Part shown: positions 61,045 through 64,000 of the stretch, piece after piece
Layout of the letters: every line of letters starts with the position of its first letter
Numbering within the stretch: the stretch's first letter is position 1
Assembly: GCF_021869535.1 (NCBI RefSeq)
Contig: NW_026262745.1
Span: 40,982,001 to 41,046,000 of the forward strand
DNA: 64,000 bases
Source of the DNA: Mytilus californianus
Lineage: Eukaryota
Reading direction: 5' to 3'
The notes under the pieces: generated by a model
Databases searched by the model: none
What the model saw: the letters and a program-made list of their open reading frames with translations, nothing else
What the model was told of the DNA's origin: nothing
Made by a program: the position numbers and the translations under genes

Positions 61045-61660
61045 ATAAAGAGATGTGGTATGATTGCAAATGTGACAACCATCCAAATAGCATTGGTTTA
61101 AGCAATTCTAGATCACCGTAAAGCATTAAACAATGAGCAAATCCCATACCATATGGTCACCTATAAAAGGCTCGACATGTCAAAATGTGTAACAATTCAA
61201 ACATGTCCCAAGTCAGGAGAAAGTAGTTCAATGGTTGTCGCTGGTTCGTGTCTGTCATATTTGTTTTTCGTAAATCGTTTTGTTATGAATAAGCCGTTAG
61301 TTTTCTCGTTTGAATTATTTCACATTTTCCATGTAGGGGAATTTAAAAGCCGAATATAAGGTATTGGTTTTTCTCATTGTTGAAGGCCGTACGGTTGCCT
61401 ATAATTGCTAACATTCACTTCATTTGAACTCTGGTGGATAGTTGCCTCATTGATAATCATAACACATCTCCTTATTTTATATAAATAAAAATCCGACAGG
61501 ATTTATGACAAAACATTAAAACGAAAAACAGATAACAACAACCGACAGCCACTGAATTGCTTGCTCCCGACTTGGGACAGACACAAAAAGAATTAGTAAG
61601 GTGAAATATGTTTATAACCAATCAACAATCCTCTTAATCAGAGACAATGGTGTAACAGTA
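61045..61660. mobile_element. Family 1a copy nested in opposite orientation inside another family 1a copy
   Basis: The minus-sense copy at 61045-61201 resumes at about 61495-61660; a plus-sense copy occupies about 61203-61480. Confidence 0.65.
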
Positions 61661-63129
61661 GATTTGTAAAAACCAAGTAGTGTGACTGTTCACTTGTTCT
61701 AATATTACATCTGCCGACAGGGGTATTGGATGCATAATCATTTTGTTGAACTTCTACTTTATAACTAGATAAGATGTGAATAAGTGGATATTACATTCAT
61801 ATCTTTAAAAAAAATCATAAACTGCAGGAGTAACACATTTTAACGTAAACTAAACTTTTAACGATGTAATTTTCAATCTTAAATAACGGTATTAAGGATA
61901 CATTTTGTACGTAGCATTGACTTGAACTTAGTGTTGTAAGCTGTATAATGCCATGATATGAGTCTTCCACGAGAGAAACAATACAAAAGCGTGGTTCGTA
62001 AAAACGATACGACCTCGGATGGTGAATGGTAAAATTTATAAACAAGAACTTTTCAATTATGTCTCATTCTCAGACCATTGCTGACATGTCTTTTGAAAGT
62101 GCATCTTTTGATCTCAGTTCTAGCCTTTTATTAGTGAGTTTGAATAACTGACTTATTAATTCTCCAACTGCATTGAAAATAAAATCATATAAATGGTAGT
62201 TTTAAATCGGGACAATATTTTGATAACTTTCAATTTAGAAATAAGGATTTTTTAATGTAGTATGATTGCCAATGAGAAATTTTCCGTTAAAGATCAAAGT
62301 ACAATAAATATGAACAATTACAAAGATATCAAACGGCCTTCAACAATGAACGAAACTCATTACGTATAGAAAGCTTTAAATGGCTTAGAGATGTCAATTA
62401 CAATTTGAAACAATTCAAAGAGGAAAGCCAATGGCCTCATTTTAACTACAATAATAAAGGAAGAACAATTATCATAGAAAACAACCAAAGCAATTACTGG
62501 ATTACAAGCTCATGGATGTTTATTGTGCTGAAATTTTCACTGCATGAAGTGTAATATTCTCATATTGAAGTATACATAGCATACTGATGCTCAAAGTTTT
62601 AAGAACAACAATTAAAAAAGGTACAGGGTACTTGAAATCGAATTGGTCCCAGGTATATTGCACGAATACTTATTATTGTTGAAATTAACTTCTCCCAAAA
62701 ATATTATTGCTGAAGATACAAATAGTTGAAATTGTAGAATATTTTACAACTACATGGAATACATTAAATCCTATAAGAAATGCAATGACATAAAACGACT
62801 TTCAATTCTCAACCATTATTAGTAGTTATGAGTTATACCGATATCTAAAAAATATTTAATGTTATGTTTTATATCAGCAATGCATTTTCTTTATGTGACA
62901 ATTCGTGTTCCTCTTTTTTAAATACATTCTTCGTCAGTGAGAGATACAAAGAATGCACCTGTTTGATGGATTCCTACATTACATCACGCTGGCTATGACA
63001 ATAAATCAAATACATAATATGTTAATCGATATGTAAACCTTTGATTCTAACATTGTGTCGATTACAAATTCTTCAGAGCAATAATTACGATTAGTGGGAA
63101 GCTAGCCGGCGTTAATATTCTTTATTTAA

Positions 63130-63404
63130 GGTGGTACCCAACACCTTGACTAATATTAATTTGGCTCGTTTAATTTTCATAAAATTTTGACAAAATGTTT
63201 ACTTTGACCCTTTGACAAAATTATAAAAATTTCAAAAAATTTGAACCAACCACTTTATAAGAAAAAATTTCATTGGTTATATAGCAGTTTGACAAACACT
63301 AATTTTGATCATTGAGAAGCTTAATATTTCCTTAACAATACAACGTAATTAAAACGTTTAGCTGATTTTTACAGAGTTATCTCCCTGTTGTGTTATGTAC
63401 CACC
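63130..63404. mobile_element. Kolobok-type MITE (TTAA TSD, GG...CC termini)
   Basis: TTAA at 63126-63129 and 63405-63408; TIR GGTGGTACCCAACAC / GTGTTATGTACCACC (13 of 15 match). RR termini with a TTAA TSD fit Kolobok rather than piggyBac. Confidence 0.8.
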
Positions 63405-64000
63405 TTAAAGTAGTCGTTAAATTTCAATATTTTATCATCCTATTATTTATTGTTGTTTCAGTTTACATTATTTCACTGATCACAGAATTTTAACTTCACA
63501 CTAGTATTATACGTCATAAACATCAACATTAACGTTCAAATATTATATTAAAGTATGTAGTAATCAAATCACAGTTAAATTCGAATAAACAAGCTAAGTC
63601 ATCTCTTTCCAAACTTGATTTAGCTTAGAACATTACATGTATTATATACTAGTAAAAAGGAAAACGATACACCGCAATGCGTTTTCTATATCAAAATTAA
63701 CAGGATACACGGTACCAAATTATAAAAATTGCCAAATTGTTCTTATATAACTGCGTGTTGTGTTCTTATCAATACCATGGAATTAAGGAAAAAACACATT
63801 TTTTCGCATTTGTATTGATTTCACAAATACTTTTTTTCACCCAAATTTTCGAAAACCAAAATTAGAACGTAAAACTGAAACCATAAACATTGTCGGATTA
63901 AAATATCGAATGCTTGTGCATGTATTTGAATACTAAATTTCCTTATTGGATGATTTAACAGTTTTATATCTTATGATAAATTGGAGTTCAAACTTGTGTA

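Noticed and set aside
61815-62180. Minus-strand frame GELISQLFKL... after a good acceptor, and a similar frame at about 62860-62990
   Set aside because: Internal stops and no consistent donor-acceptor chain, so I cannot support a gene model.

Overview
AT-rich eukaryotic genomic DNA. The repeat families look like a bivalve, probably Mytilus; this is inferred from recognised repeats, not from a search. Main contents: (1) An apparently intact, young Ngaro-type (DIRS order) tyrosine-recombinase retrotransposon at 32922-39845 with split direct repeats A1-ORFs-B1-A2-B2. Its gag and RT/RNase H frames are in the SAME frame, separated by a single TGA in the readthrough-type context TGA-CTA. (2) A spliced minus-strand gene for an unrecognised coiled-coil protein. 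Ten exons from 29036 to 17845 join in phase to 558 aa, and a further candidate ATG exon lies at 46740-46639. (3) Many dispersed copies of three families of minimal type I hammerhead-ribozyme (retrozyme-like) repeats, plus decayed Penelope-like RT copies and their 3' ends, nested in each other with TSDs. (4) A tRNA-derived SINE with a 12-bp TSD, several SINE-like families sharing one conserved domain, two MITEs, a HINE/Helentron-like element, an old ~2 kb tandem duplication and small tandem repeats. No rRNA, true tRNA gene or CRISPR was found. Coordinates of degenerate repeats are approximate and were read by eye.
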